Shown piece by piece: positions 36,878-46,133 of a stretch of DNA of 64,000 nucleotides (position 1 is the first letter of the stretch; each line of letters opens with the position of its first letter). This DNA is from a virus (Duplodnaviria > Heunggongvirae > Uroviricota > Caudoviricetes). A program made the translations under genes and the position numbers. Below the pieces are notes generated by a model. It did not search any database. It saw nothing but the letters and a program-made list of their open reading frames with translations, and was not told where the DNA came from. The stretch spans positions 243,550-307,549 of the IMG/VR virus record IMGVR_UViG_3300020045_006153. One strand, written 5' to 3'.

Positions 36878-37813
36878 ATGAAAACAATAATTTATATAGA
36901 TGGCGGCGCTGGCCGAGTTATTGCTGCTATCCCAGCATTATTAAAATATGCAAAATTAAATCCAATTGCTGACTGGAGTATTATTATTCCAGCATGGGAT
37001 AATCTTCTTTGGAGTATTCCAGAGTTGCAAGATCGGACATATGGTGCAGATACTAAAGGTATTTGGGATAATTTAATATCAAAGGCCGACTTGCTATTAT
37101 CTCCGGAACCATATCGCTTGCCTGCATATTATAAACAAGAAATTAGTTTAGTCGAAGCATTTGATAGAGAAATTAATAAAACAACTGATCATTCTGATCT
37201 CGGCACCCCTGTTATGAAATTTAACAAAGCCGAAGAAAAATGGGCAGTTAACACTATTGCTGATGTTAAAACACAACAACAAAAAGCAAAGACTATTGTT
37301 ATTCAACCATTCGGTAGGGGAGCAACATTAGACAGAGCAGATATTGTTGATACAGCAAGTCGTTCACTTAGTGCTGATGCATACATTAACTTAGTAAAGA
37401 AGTTATCCGTAAAATATAATATGATATTTTTTGGCGAGCCACAATTTCAAATTGTAACTGATAGTTATACTGTTAAATTGCCTCCTCAGACTGATCTAAG
37501 AATGTGGGCTGCACTTATTGATGCTGCTGATTATTTTGTAGGAGTCGACTCTGTTGGCCAGCATATGGCCCGTGCAACTAACACTCCTGGTACTGTGATA
37601 TTTGGAAGCACTTTTCCAATTAACACAAGTTTTCCGAACTTTTTTCAAATCCTTGAAAAAGCAGGAAATAAAAAATATAGCCCTATCCGTATTACTGGAT
37701 TAGATTCTGTTCTTGCAGATCGTGCCAATGACACTATGATGGATTTTAACAATGCAGAACTTGATCACATATACAATCAAATTGTGCAAGATATTGAACG
37801 TAAGGTAAGATAA
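36878..37813 (+). CDS. GT9-like (heptosyltransferase superfamily) glycosyltransferase
   Basis: IVIQPFG and ALIDAADYFVGVDSVGQHMARATNTPGTVIFGST match the GT9 C-terminal DS..H.A motif. Confidence 0.7.
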   Translation: MKTIIYIDGGAGRVIAAIPALLKYAKLNPIADWSIIIPAWDNLLWSIPELQDRTYGADTKGIWDNLISKADLLLSPEPYRLPAYYKQEISLVEAFDREINKTTDHSDLGTPVMKFNKAEEKWAVNTIADVKTQQQKAKTIVIQPFGRGATLDRADIVDTASRSLSADAYINLVKKLSVKYNMIFFGEPQFQIVTDSYTVKLPPQTDLRMWAALIDAADYFVGVDSVGQHMARATNTPGTVIFGSTFPINTSFPNFFQILEKAGNKKYSPIRITGLDSVLADRANDTMMDFNNAELDHIYNQIVQDIERKVR

Positions 37814-39525
37814 TGTCGTATTCTGTAATGGGGATAAATCCGGGGCATAATGGCTCCGCAGCACTGGTTATTGACGGAAAAACAGTCTATTATTGCGAAG
37901 AAGAGCGCATAAGTAGGCAGAAATACGACGGCAATCCATTTCGTGCTATGTTGCACATATTAGAAAATTATAAAGTAGACGAAATTATTATAGGTGGCAC
38001 AAGTCCGCATCTTCCTATCCTTCCGTGGACACAAGAAGATCCGTATACTGCGCTTGCACGTAAATTTAATCCAAAAATTAAATCTACAAATATGGGAGAT
38101 CAACATCATATAGGTCATGCTGCTAGTGCATTTTATAATTCTGGATTTAAAAAAGCAACGGCAATTATAGTTGACGGTGCAGGCTCTATTCATTCTGCTA
38201 AGGTAAATGATCAAGGAAATACTGTAGACGGTTATGAAACTGAAAGTGTATATGAATGCAGTTATCCTGCGGTATTTACGGCTTTATATAAACGATATGC
38301 AAATAATAATATTCGTTATTTTAGAAACAGTGTGCAAGAATTTGATAATAGCGTAACACTTACTAAATCGTTTGAAGCAGTTAGTCAACATCTTGGATTT
38401 GGATTTATTGAAGCAGGCAAAACAATGGGCCTTGCTCCTTACGGGAAACCTGATATTAATATTCCTAGTATTTTTTCTGAAGGGAAAGGCAATAAAAATT
38501 TATTAATTCCTCATTATCCAGCAGGTGCACTAATCGATACTTCTCGTTACCCGCAATTGCATCAATCTCGAGATCCTAAAGAATGGCATAAAGATTTTAC
38601 TAAGATTACTGAGATTGAAAAAAATCTAGCATGGAAAGTGCAACAAGAAACTCAACAATTACTTGGTAATTTAATTCAAAGTGTCATTGATATAACTGGC
38701 GAAACTAATTTTGTAATCGCTGGAGGATATGGTTTAAATTGTGTTGCTAATTATTACTTAAAAAGCAGATTTCCTAACATTAATTTATTTGTTGATCCAG
38801 TTGCACATGATGGCGGCACGGCATTAGGTCTTGCAAAACTAGCGTGGTTTAATTATAGCAAATCTGAAATACCTGAACCTCTAGATACGCTATACCTCGG
38901 CACTGAAGATGATTTAACAAAATTAGATAATATAGACCAACTTGCTCAATTAGGTTTATCTACTATTTCGACAACACCTATTGAAATTGCTAAACTAATT
39001 GCTGCCGGGCATATTGTTACAATTTTTCAAGGTAAAGCAGAAGCAGGTCCTCGGGCACTAGGTAATCGCAGTATATTATTTGATCCACGTGTTAAAGATG
39101 GCAAAGCGTATGTTAATCAAGTAAAAGGGCGCGAATGGTTTAGGCCTTTTGCAGGCTCAGTCCTAGAAGATCAAGCAAGTACTTGGTTTGATTTAAAAGG
39201 AATGAAACAATCGCCGTTTATGATGTATGCAGTAGATTTGCAATCGTCGAAGTTGGGAGAACTTCCGGCTATTACTCACGTAGATGGAACATGCCGTGTA
39301 CAAACTGTTGCCCTTACTGATAATTTTCATTATTATACTTTAATAAATGAGTTTTATAAACTAACTGGTGTTCCTGTATTGTTTAATACTAGTTTTAACT
39401 TAGCAGGAGAACCGTTAGTTGATACAATCGAAGATGCAATTAATACTATTCTTAATTGTGATATTAATTATTTGTATTTTCCTGAAATTGGAAAATTAAT
39501 TAGTAAGACTAATCGCAAAATCTAA
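37813..39525 (+). CDS. Carbamoyltransferase (NodU/CmcH/TobZ family)
   Basis: HNGSAAL, EEERISRQK, HHIGHA, DGAG, GKTMGLAPYG, GGYGLNCVAN, EAGPRALGNRSIL, REWFRPFA, HVDGTCRVQTV, NTSFN. Confidence 0.93.
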   Translation: MSYSVMGINPGHNGSAALVIDGKTVYYCEEERISRQKYDGNPFRAMLHILENYKVDEIIIGGTSPHLPILPWTQEDPYTALARKFNPKIKSTNMGDQHHIGHAASAFYNSGFKKATAIIVDGAGSIHSAKVNDQGNTVDGYETESVYECSYPAVFTALYKRYANNNIRYFRNSVQEFDNSVTLTKSFEAVSQHLGFGFIEAGKTMGLAPYGKPDINIPSIFSEGKGNKNLLIPHYPAGALIDTSRYPQLHQSRDPKEWHKDFTKITEIEKNLAWKVQQETQQLLGNLIQSVIDITGETNFVIAGGYGLNCVANYYLKSRFPNINLFVDPVAHDGGTALGLAKLAWFNYSKSEIPEPLDTLYLGTEDDLTKLDNIDQLAQLGLSTISTTPIEIAKLIAAGHIVTIFQGKAEAGPRALGNRSILFDPRVKDGKAYVNQVKGREWFRPFAGSVLEDQASTWFDLKGMKQSPFMMYAVDLQSSKLGELPAITHVDGTCRVQTVALTDNFHYYTLINEFYKLTGVPVLFNTSFNLAGEPLVDTIEDAINTILNCDINYLYFPEIGKLISKTNRKI

Positions 39526-40146
39526 TAGTGTTTCGAACGTTTTAACTTTAGGACGCAACATCATATAAACAGGGGACTTTAGTTTTTCTAAAGTCCTTTT
39601 TCCGTTTCCAGAGAGAATTAATACAGGAGTTGCACCCGCGCGATCTGCCATTAGCAAGTCTTCAATTGAATCACCTACATATACTCCATCTTTAAATTTT
39701 ACTCCTTGAATAGTTGCTTCTGCGTGTTGAAATAATCCTAATTTAGGTTTTGCGTAAATATCTTCTTTTTTATTTGAAGTACTATAATAAATTCCATCAA
39801 TAGAAGTGCACCCTGCTTGACCTAATAAATTAAGCATATGTTGATTTATTGTTTCTACTTCTTGAATAGTAATTTTCTTTTGAGAAATTAATGGCTGATC
39901 AAATAGTACGCACACTTTATGCCCTAATGATCGTATAATTGCAACCGCTCTCATTGCATTTACAATCGGAATAAATTTTTCAGGAGAATTAATAACTCCA
40001 TTTTCTTCATTTAATATGCCGTCTCGATCGAGCCCTATTGTATATTTTTCGAATGTTAATGGAAAAGTTAATTGGCTAGTTAGTAATTGTAGAGGCTGGA
40101 TGTTCTCTGGTGTTACCATATTTTTTTCAACGCTAAATCTTGACAT
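39496..40146 (-). CDS. gmhB: HAD phosphatase, D,D-heptose-1,7-bisphosphate phosphatase-like
   Basis: LDRDGILN motif I, KP motif III, VGDSIEDL motif IV; late promoter TAAATA on - at 40175-40180. Confidence 0.75.
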   Translation of the reverse strand: MSRFSVEKNMVTPENIQPLQLLTSQLTFPLTFEKYTIGLDRDGILNEENGVINSPEKFIPIVNAMRAVAIIRSLGHKVCVLFDQPLISQKKITIQEVETINQHMLNLLGQAGCTSIDGIYYSTSNKKEDIYAKPKLGLFQHAEATIQGVKFKDGVYVGDSIEDLLMADRAGATPVLILSGNGKRTLEKLKSPVYMMLRPKVKTFETLLDFAISLTN

Positions 40147-40196
40147 AGATACCTTTGTGTGATAATTATATGCATATTTAATAAGAACATACTCCT

Positions 40197-41024
40197 ATGA
40201 AAAAAATGCATTTTATTTCTGGTTTACCGAGATCGGGCTCGACGTTGTTGTCTGCAATTTTGAAACAAAATCCAAAATTTACAGCAGGCATTAGTGATCC
40301 ACTACTTGATTTTACAAAAGGGTATATCACTGCTATTGCTGGTTCAGTAGGAATGGCTTCGCAGGTGCCTCGTGAAAAACAAAAAGATCTTATATTAGAT
40401 TGCTTTCATTCATTTTATAAGAATAATAACGACATATGTTTTAATACAAATCGAGGATGGGCATCTCATACACCGTTAGTTAAACAATTATTCCCACAGG
40501 CAAAAATGATATTATGCATAAGAGAAATTCCTTGGATACTTGATAGTTTTGAACAATTAAATGTTAAGAATCCGTTTACAATTAAGCCATTATATAATCA
40601 TCAAGATTTAGGTACAGTATATGATCGATCTAAAATGTTAATGGGCGACATGCCTAATTTCGGAGGATATGTTATGAGTCCGCTTGCAAATACTAAACAA
40701 GCAATGTATTCAAACGAGAAAGATATGTTATGTATAATTGAATATAACACATTAGTGAATCACCCAAAAGAAGTAATGCAGTCATTGTATAAATTTTTAG
40801 ATGAAGAATGGTTTGAGCATGATTTTGATAATGTAGAAGATAGTTATGATGAGTTTGATGACCAAGCAAAAATTGTAGGATTGCATACTGTAAAACGTAA
40901 GGTGCAATACTATCCTAGAAAACCAATATTACCTGAAGATTTATGGCAACATTATGCAAATCAATCGTTTTGGAAAAATAATTTTGAACATATGAAACGA
41001 CAATTATATTGGATCGGTCAATGA
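40197..41024 (+). CDS. PAPS-dependent sulfotransferase
   Basis: 5'-PSB loop GLPRSGSTLL; R..S 3'-phosphate motif (IREIPWILDS); YxxLVxxP. Confidence 0.85.
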   Translation: MKKMHFISGLPRSGSTLLSAILKQNPKFTAGISDPLLDFTKGYITAIAGSVGMASQVPREKQKDLILDCFHSFYKNNNDICFNTNRGWASHTPLVKQLFPQAKMILCIREIPWILDSFEQLNVKNPFTIKPLYNHQDLGTVYDRSKMLMGDMPNFGGYVMSPLANTKQAMYSNEKDMLCIIEYNTLVNHPKEVMQSLYKFLDEEWFEHDFDNVEDSYDEFDDQAKIVGLHTVKRKVQYYPRKPILPEDLWQHYANQSFWKNNFEHMKRQLYWIGQ

Positions 41025-41944
41025 GGCCGTTGGGCGGCAGCGAATTAGCAATGCATGAACTTATCACTCATGTTGACGTTAATTGGCAACCCAATATTAA
41101 TTTAATATTATCTACATGTCAACCGGAATTAATTGACCCTACTAAAATTAACGTAGTTTGGCAACAACTAAGTTATGACCAAGACAATGTTAAATTAATG
41201 GCAGATCAAACGTTTGTTGATCAAATTGATTATTTTGTATATGTATCTAATTGGAATCATGAAAAATTCAGGTATCATTATAATACTCCGGGCAATAAAT
41301 CATTAGTAATTAAAAATGCAACTCGTGGCTTTAATAAATTTACAAAACCGAATAATAAAAAATTAAAATTAATTTATACATCTACACCATGGCGTGGCCT
41401 TGAAATACTACTTCCCGCATTTGAATTACTGAATAGAGATGATGTAGAACTTGAAATTTATTCGTCTTCGATTATATATGGATCTGGGTTCCATCAATTA
41501 TACGGAGACAAGTATACTGAATTATTTGATTATGCTAAATCTTTAAAAAATGTAAAGTACATGGGGTATTCTTCAAATACTGGAGTAAGAAAAGCATTAG
41601 AGACTGCCCATATTTTTGCATATCCGTGCATTTTTGAAGAAACAAGTTGTATGTCAGCAATAGAAGCAGCAGCAGCCGGCTGTCAACTAGTTACTACTAA
41701 TTATGGTGCATTGTATGAAACATGTGCAGAGTGGGCAACATACGTTCCGTTTAATCCTAATCGTGTGCAATTAGTTAAAGACTATGCTAACATACTAAAT
41801 GATGTAATTGATAACTATTGGACATTAGAAAATCAAAATAAATTAGAATCACAGGTAGAATATTACAACAAATTTTATTCATGGAATGTTCGAGCAACAC
41901 AATGGGGAGATTTTTTTGACAGAATTATTAAAGAAAAAACGTAA
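41021..41944 (+). CDS. GT-B (GT4-like) glycosyltransferase
   Basis: GGSE, YTSTPWRGL, YPCIFEETSCMSAIEAAAAG (E-x7-E); ATGA overlap with the sulfotransferase stop. Confidence 0.85.
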   Translation: MRPLGGSELAMHELITHVDVNWQPNINLILSTCQPELIDPTKINVVWQQLSYDQDNVKLMADQTFVDQIDYFVYVSNWNHEKFRYHYNTPGNKSLVIKNATRGFNKFTKPNNKKLKLIYTSTPWRGLEILLPAFELLNRDDVELEIYSSSIIYGSGFHQLYGDKYTELFDYAKSLKNVKYMGYSSNTGVRKALETAHIFAYPCIFEETSCMSAIEAAAAGCQLVTTNYGALYETCAEWATYVPFNPNRVQLVKDYANILNDVIDNYWTLENQNKLESQVEYYNKFYSWNVRATQWGDFFDRIIKEKT

Positions 41945-42659
41945 AGTAATGATTGGATCACCGTCATATGACGGTAATATTAATGTTTGGTACGCAAACA
42001 GTTTAATGCAAACTATTAAATTAGCAGAAAGTCTTGATATAGAAATTATTCCGATTTGGATAAGTTTTGATGCATTAATACAACGTGCACGAAATGATAC
42101 TATTGCAATTGCAATTGAGCAAGATGTTGATGACTTAATATGGATAGATACTGATATAGAATGGAAACCAGAATGGTTTTTTAAATTATTAGATTATCCT
42201 GTCGATGTTGTCGGTGGTACTTATCCTAAAAAAGGAGATAACGAAATGTATGTCGTTAATTTAGGTAATTATAATGGACACCGAGATCCAATTACAGGCC
42301 TTATACAAGTAGCAGGATTAGGTACTGGATTTTTACGATTTAGTAAAAAAGCATGCAAGTGGTTATGGGAAAATAGCCCGCCTTATAATGAACCTGAAAA
42401 AGGCAATTCGCATAAACGATGGATTTTTGAGGTAGTTATTAAAAATGCAGACTTAATAAGTGAAGATATTTGGGTATGTAAACGGCTAACTGAAGAAGCT
42501 GGTATATCAGTTTATCTTGATCCGACTATTACATGTAATCATGTAGGTGGAAAGAAATATACAGGCGACTTTTTAACATGGGTTACTAATTCTAGAACTC
42601 CTAATATTTCACCAAGGATTGATTCAGGAATTAAATACTTGACTAACTATTTAAAATAA
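41886..42659 (+). CDS. GT-A (GT2-like) glycosyltransferase; start codon uncertain
   Basis: IQRARN, WIDTD (DxD), GTGFL, SEDIWVC, CNHVG. Confidence 0.7.
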   Translation: MFEQHNGEIFLTELLKKKRKVMIGSPSYDGNINVWYANSLMQTIKLAESLDIEIIPIWISFDALIQRARNDTIAIAIEQDVDDLIWIDTDIEWKPEWFFKLLDYPVDVVGGTYPKKGDNEMYVVNLGNYNGHRDPITGLIQVAGLGTGFLRFSKKACKWLWENSPPYNEPEKGNSHKRWIFEVVIKNADLISEDIWVCKRLTEEAGISVYLDPTITCNHVGGKKYTGDFLTWVTNSRTPNISPRIDSGIKYLTNYLK

Positions 42660-42660
42660 T

Positions 42661-43365
42661 ATGCAAATTCAATCAACACCTACAACACGAACAGTCATAA
42701 TTGCAACTCATTGTCCAAATAATACAGTAGAATCGTATTACGCACATAGTCTTGCAGATAGCATTTATGTATTCGCTCAACATAATATTCGAATTATTCC
42801 ATTATTTATTAATGATATTCAGTTATCAGTGGTTGCTAAAAATGAAATAATTCCAGTTGTACTAGAAAATGAATGTGAATCAGTAATATTTGTAGATTAC
42901 AATTTAGCGTGGGATCCGTATACATTGCTTGATATTGTTAATTCTAAATATGACGCAGTTGCTATACCGGTTACTAAAAAAGTTCCAGGAAATGTAATTT
43001 TTGATTTAGACATTGGATTAGACTACAAAACAGATAATAATGGTTATATTAGTGTAAACTATGCAAGCCTTGCAATGTTTAAATTAAGTTATTCATTATT
43101 GACTGCGCTAACTGATTCAAGTATATCGATTACTAATCCGTCAGGTAAGGAAGTAAAAAACGTTTTTGAATACGATACATCTCGAGGAAAATTCTTTAAT
43201 GATAGTATTGTATTATGTAATAAAATTAAAAATTTAGGATTTACAGTATGGATTAATCCTAAAACTACATGTGCAAATATTGCCGATAATATATATGCGG
43301 CTGATTTTGCAGCAACACTTATTAATATTCCTAAATCTGATCAAATTCGATCATTATACGAATAA
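42661..43365 (+). CDS. Divergent paralog of the preceding GT-A protein
   Basis: AKNEI, IFVDYNLAW, NDSIVLC..G..VWINP align with the upstream ORF, but the DxD and ED motifs are degenerate. Confidence 0.55.
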   Translation: MQIQSTPTTRTVIIATHCPNNTVESYYAHSLADSIYVFAQHNIRIIPLFINDIQLSVVAKNEIIPVVLENECESVIFVDYNLAWDPYTLLDIVNSKYDAVAIPVTKKVPGNVIFDLDIGLDYKTDNNGYISVNYASLAMFKLSYSLLTALTDSSISITNPSGKEVKNVFEYDTSRGKFFNDSIVLCNKIKNLGFTVWINPKTTCANIADNIYAADFAATLINIPKSDQIRSLYE

Positions 43366-43397
43366 ATATATAAGTTAATTTTCATTAGGAGAAATAT

Positions 43398-43697
43398 ATG
43401 ACAACAATTACAGACGTATCAACACTAACCACAGAAATTGTTATTACCCCTCGAGTAGTATCAACTGAATTTAAAATTGTAGAAATAACTGAAAATATTG
43501 CAAATCGAGTAGTTCGAGTAGAAATTGAACTTGGACCATTTACATCTGATAATTCAGATAGTGATAATTCTACAATGAGGGGATTAGGTCGCCGTTCAGT
43601 TGTAGCATGGAGAGGTGACGAGTATGATGCTGTTCGTGATACATGGAAAAATGCAGATCTTATTGCGCAAGTAACTGCGAAATTGCAAGTAATTTAA
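43398..43697 (+). CDS. Hypothetical late protein
   Basis: TAAATA 43363, AGGAG SD. Confidence 0.7.
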   Translation: MTTITDVSTLTTEIVITPRVVSTEFKIVEITENIANRVVRVEIELGPFTSDNSDSDNSTMRGLGRRSVVAWRGDEYDAVRDTWKNADLIAQVTAKLQVI

Positions 43698-43755
43698 CGG
43701 CTTATTTCTTTATACTAGGAACCTCTTGTATATTCATATATACTAATAAACATAT

Positions 43756-45087
43756 ATGAATAATACTAACAGAGTATTTGGTATGGTAACATCCAAATCA
43801 TCGGAATTTTACACAGATTGGGCATTGAAAAGTTTATTTGAAAATACTCGATTTCAATCAACTGATTCTATCTTCTTAATTGATAACGATAATTCGTATT
43901 GTCGTAACTCTCACGGTAAACTTAAAGTATTAAGAAATCAACATCCATTAACATTTGCTGAAAATGTTAATCAATTGATTCGACTTGCAAAAGAAAAGGA
44001 TGCTGATTTAATCTTTTTAAGTAACGATATTATTCTAACTCCGGGGTGGTTAGATCCCCTTGAACAAATAGAGAATGCAATAACAATTCCATCCTGTAAT
44101 CAAACTCACCAATACAGTTGGTTAAAACCTAATATGAGTTGGGAAGAATACGATGATAACTTTGTAGGCTTATGTGATATTTCGAATCACCATACACAAC
44201 AGGTTACTGGATATTATGATTTATTGTTAATGGCATTTTATGTATTTCGCCTACCTAAATCAGTATATACTGTATTAGGTGAAATGGATACTACGTTTGT
44301 AAACGGCGGAGAAGATTTGGATTACAGGATTCGCGCAATACTTGCGGGAGTAGATGTAAAATATGCTGCTCAAAGTTATGTCTTGCATTTTAATGGAATA
44401 TCAACTTGGCGTAAAGAAGATCCAATTAAACTTGCGCAACATAATAACGCATACCGAAATCAATTATCTAATAAATGGGGTAATGATTTAATGAATTTGT
44501 TAGTAGTAAGCGGTAATCCAAATGCTGTACTAACTAAGCATAATTTAATGAGTTTCAACCAAACAACTGATTCTCATAATGAATTAATTAAAAATATTTA
44601 CTTGTTAACTAGAAATAATATAGCATTTAAATTGAGTGTGGTGTATCATAAATTAACATCTGAAGTTAGACAAGAAATTATATCAATGTGGTTAACTGAA
44701 GGAGCATTAGATATAAAAGAAGCAACTCGCAGGGTCGACGAAGTAGTAGTAATTGCTAGAAACGAGCAAAATCAACTAGTAGGAGTAACGTCGGTTCAAA
44801 TAGATATGATCAACAATACTCCTTATTACTTTTTTAGAATGTATGTAAGGCAACAAAATCGCAATAGATCAATTCCTCGTTCATCACCTGTTATGTCGAA
44901 TCTAACTGTTGATTTTTTATCAACATATGAAGTAACACCTAAACCGACAGGTGTTGTCTCTATATTAGATAATCCAAAATTGAGTAATCGAATTATGGAA
45001 ACGTTTGGGTGGAATTATTACGGCATTAGTCCAATTGGTAAATCTATTTGGTATAAGAATTTTGATGGATCTAAAAATGACTTGTAG
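43756..45087 (+). CDS. GT2-family glycosyltransferase with a C-terminal GNAT-like domain
   Basis: IDND, FAENVN, LSNDI, GGEDLDY..R, VLHF; C-terminal VIARNE..LVGV..FFRMYV is GNAT-like (weaker call). Confidence 0.7.
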   Translation: MNNTNRVFGMVTSKSSEFYTDWALKSLFENTRFQSTDSIFLIDNDNSYCRNSHGKLKVLRNQHPLTFAENVNQLIRLAKEKDADLIFLSNDIILTPGWLDPLEQIENAITIPSCNQTHQYSWLKPNMSWEEYDDNFVGLCDISNHHTQQVTGYYDLLLMAFYVFRLPKSVYTVLGEMDTTFVNGGEDLDYRIRAILAGVDVKYAAQSYVLHFNGISTWRKEDPIKLAQHNNAYRNQLSNKWGNDLMNLLVVSGNPNAVLTKHNLMSFNQTTDSHNELIKNIYLLTRNNIAFKLSVVYHKLTSEVRQEIISMWLTEGALDIKEATRRVDEVVVIARNEQNQLVGVTSVQIDMINNTPYYFFRMYVRQQNRNRSIPRSSPVMSNLTVDFLSTYEVTPKPTGVVSILDNPKLSNRIMETFGWNYYGISPIGKSIWYKNFDGSKNDL

Positions 45088-45502
45088 AATTTTAATTATG
45101 GGGTTGCCCGGATCAGGTAAAACAACGTTGGCAGCAGTATTGGCCTCTCATTTATCAGCATTTTGGATCAATGCTGATGAAATTAGAAATCAATATAACG
45201 ATTGGGATTTTAGTGAAGCAGGTAGACTACGTCAAAGTCAACGTATGCGTACATTATGTGATTTAAGTCCGTTGACTTTTCAAGTCGCAGATTTTGTTGC
45301 ACCTATACCTGAAATGCGTAAAATATTTGCAGCAGATTATACTATTTGGGTCGACACTATTAAATCTGGACGCTACGAAGATACTAATAAGTTATTTGTC
45401 CCTCCATTTGAAGATGAATATGACTTTAGAATAAAACAACAAAATGCGAAGATTTGGGGCAGAGCAATTGCTGAAATTATATTAGAAGATTGTAGTGAGT
45501 GA
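45077..45502 (+). CDS. cysC: Short adenylylsulfate (APS) kinase-like P-loop kinase
   Basis: MGLPGSGKTTLA, NADEIR, DFSEAGR, DFVAP..R, F.PP; followed by DUF2061. Start at 45077 or 45065. Confidence 0.7.
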   Translation: MTCRILIMGLPGSGKTTLAAVLASHLSAFWINADEIRNQYNDWDFSEAGRLRQSQRMRTLCDLSPLTFQVADFVAPIPEMRKIFAADYTIWVDTIKSGRYEDTNKLFVPPFEDEYDFRIKQQNAKIWGRAIAEIILEDCSE

Positions 45503-45701
45503 TCGCCCTGTTCGTAGTCTTGCAAAAGCAGTTAGTTGGAGAATAACTGGCACAATTGATACATTTCTAGTATCTTGGCTCGTTACTGGAGAACCACTAA
45601 TTGCTAGTGGAATTGCATTGGCTGAAATTATGACAAAGGTATTTTTATTTTGGTTACACGAACGTGTATGGAATAAAATTAAATGGGGTAGATTAAATTA
45701 A
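45495..45701 (+). CDS. DUF2061 small membrane protein
   Basis: RSLAKAVSWRITGTIDT...HERVWNKI; GTG start. Confidence 0.85.
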   Translation: MSDRPVRSLAKAVSWRITGTIDTFLVSWLVTGEPLIASGIALAEIMTKVFLFWLHERVWNKIKWGRLN

Positions 45702-46133
45702 TTCTAACAACAGTTCTAATTTAGTTTTAATAATTTTATTCCCTAAACTAGAACGAACTCCACGATGTAACGGCTTGGGCCAAGATCCGATATCACACCA
45801 TGCGTATCCACTATGTTCATCATTAAGTAATGGAGTAAACTCTTTATCGACTAGCATTACATACGTATTGTATTGAAATTTTTCATCGTTGCTAGTAAAT
45901 AATTCAAGTGGTATAACTTTTTTAATAGGTGGAGTTCTGCCTACTTCTTCGGATATTTCTCTCATTAATGTATCATACGGAGTTAAGTCGTGCGGCTCTT
46001 TTTTGCCTCCAACTAATCCCCAAGTTCCTGCAGTCTTTGCTTGAGTCCTAAGTAAGAATAAAAATCTTTTAGTATCTTTTGCTAAAAACAATCCCCCAGA
46101 ACATATAATTTCTGTTATAGAATTAAACGCCAT
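45693..46133 (-). CDS. Nudix hydrolase
   Basis: WGLVGGKKE...LMREISEEVG Nudix box; LNDEHSGYAW. Confidence 0.88.
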   Translation of the reverse strand: MAFNSITEIICSGGLFLAKDTKRFLFLLRTQAKTAGTWGLVGGKKEPHDLTPYDTLMREISEEVGRTPPIKKVIPLELFTSNDEKFQYNTYVMLVDKEFTPLLNDEHSGYAWCDIGSWPKPLHRGVRSSLGNKIIKTKLELLLELI

